Shown piece after piece: positions 61,493 through 61,596 of a stretch of 61,596 nucleotides of DNA (position 1 is the first letter of the stretch; every line of letters begins with the position of its first letter). Location: contig JBBSYC010000003.1 of NCBI GenBank assembly GCA_038045445.1, positions 1 to 61,596 of the forward strand. Direction: 5' to 3'. This DNA comes from Nanobdellota archaeon (GTDB lineage Archaea; Nanobdellota; Nanobdellia; Pacearchaeales; GW2011-AR1). A program made the position numbers and the translations under genes. The notes beneath the pieces were generated by a model. The model saw nothing but the letters and a program-made list of their open reading frames with translations. It had not been told where the DNA came from and made no database searches.

Positions 61493-61596
61493 ATTCTTCT
61501 GAAATCATTTGTACATTTAAAGATTTATATTGTAATTTCTAAATGTAGTATCCCGAAATTATTGCACCCCTATCTTGAACGTTATTTCTATGTAAT

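Noticed and set aside
56541-61596. An intact prophage or integrated plasmid next to tRNA-Asp.
   Set aside because: No capsid, portal, terminase large subunit, replication initiator or integrase-like sequences are recognisable in the visible part. I can only call it an island.

Overview
This is an AT-rich archaeal chromosomal segment. The ribosomal proteins are archaeal (L7Ae-S28e-L24e operon, S10), along with EF-1alpha, Kae1 and an intron-containing tRNA-Leu. Standard stop codons are in use. Small genes, bacterial-type gyrase, sparse biosynthesis and about a quarter of the window spent on three giant surface proteins suggest a DPANN-like episymbiont, but that is inference only.

Housekeeping content:
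- gyrB, a small acidic ORF and gyrA
- pyrB and trhO
- a Kef-type antiporter and a P-type Ca-ATPase
- NDH-2-like oxidoreductase
- a MazG-like / tandem ThyX-like / Tmk dTTP module
- a divergent Zur-ZupT pair
- an overlapping ogg-bcp-ogt repair operon
- YchF-like GTPase, Kae1 and a cupredoxin
- three tRNAs: Ser-GGA, Leu-UAA with intron, Asp-GUC

Main candidates for something new:
1. A 13-kb co-directional cluster (41295-54349). It encodes a 2178-aa N-anchored protein with three LamG domains and dense N-glycosylation sequons, followed by eight small membrane-anchored beta-sandwich proteins and a coiled-coil protein. The eight include paralogue pairs and share motifs. No ATPase, peptidase or sortase is present, so this may be an undescribed surface or attachment apparatus.
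2. A nuclease/HEPN-rich island directly 3' of tRNA-Asp (56.6-61.6 kb).
3. Triplicated tRNA-Leu 3' ends, each partial copy abutting a related hairpin.
4. A three-copy conserved extragenic hairpin family.
5. A K-loop in the L7Ae 5' leader.
6. A DUF84 NTPase gene interrupted by one in-frame TAG.

No rRNA, CRISPR array, transposase or integrase was seen.
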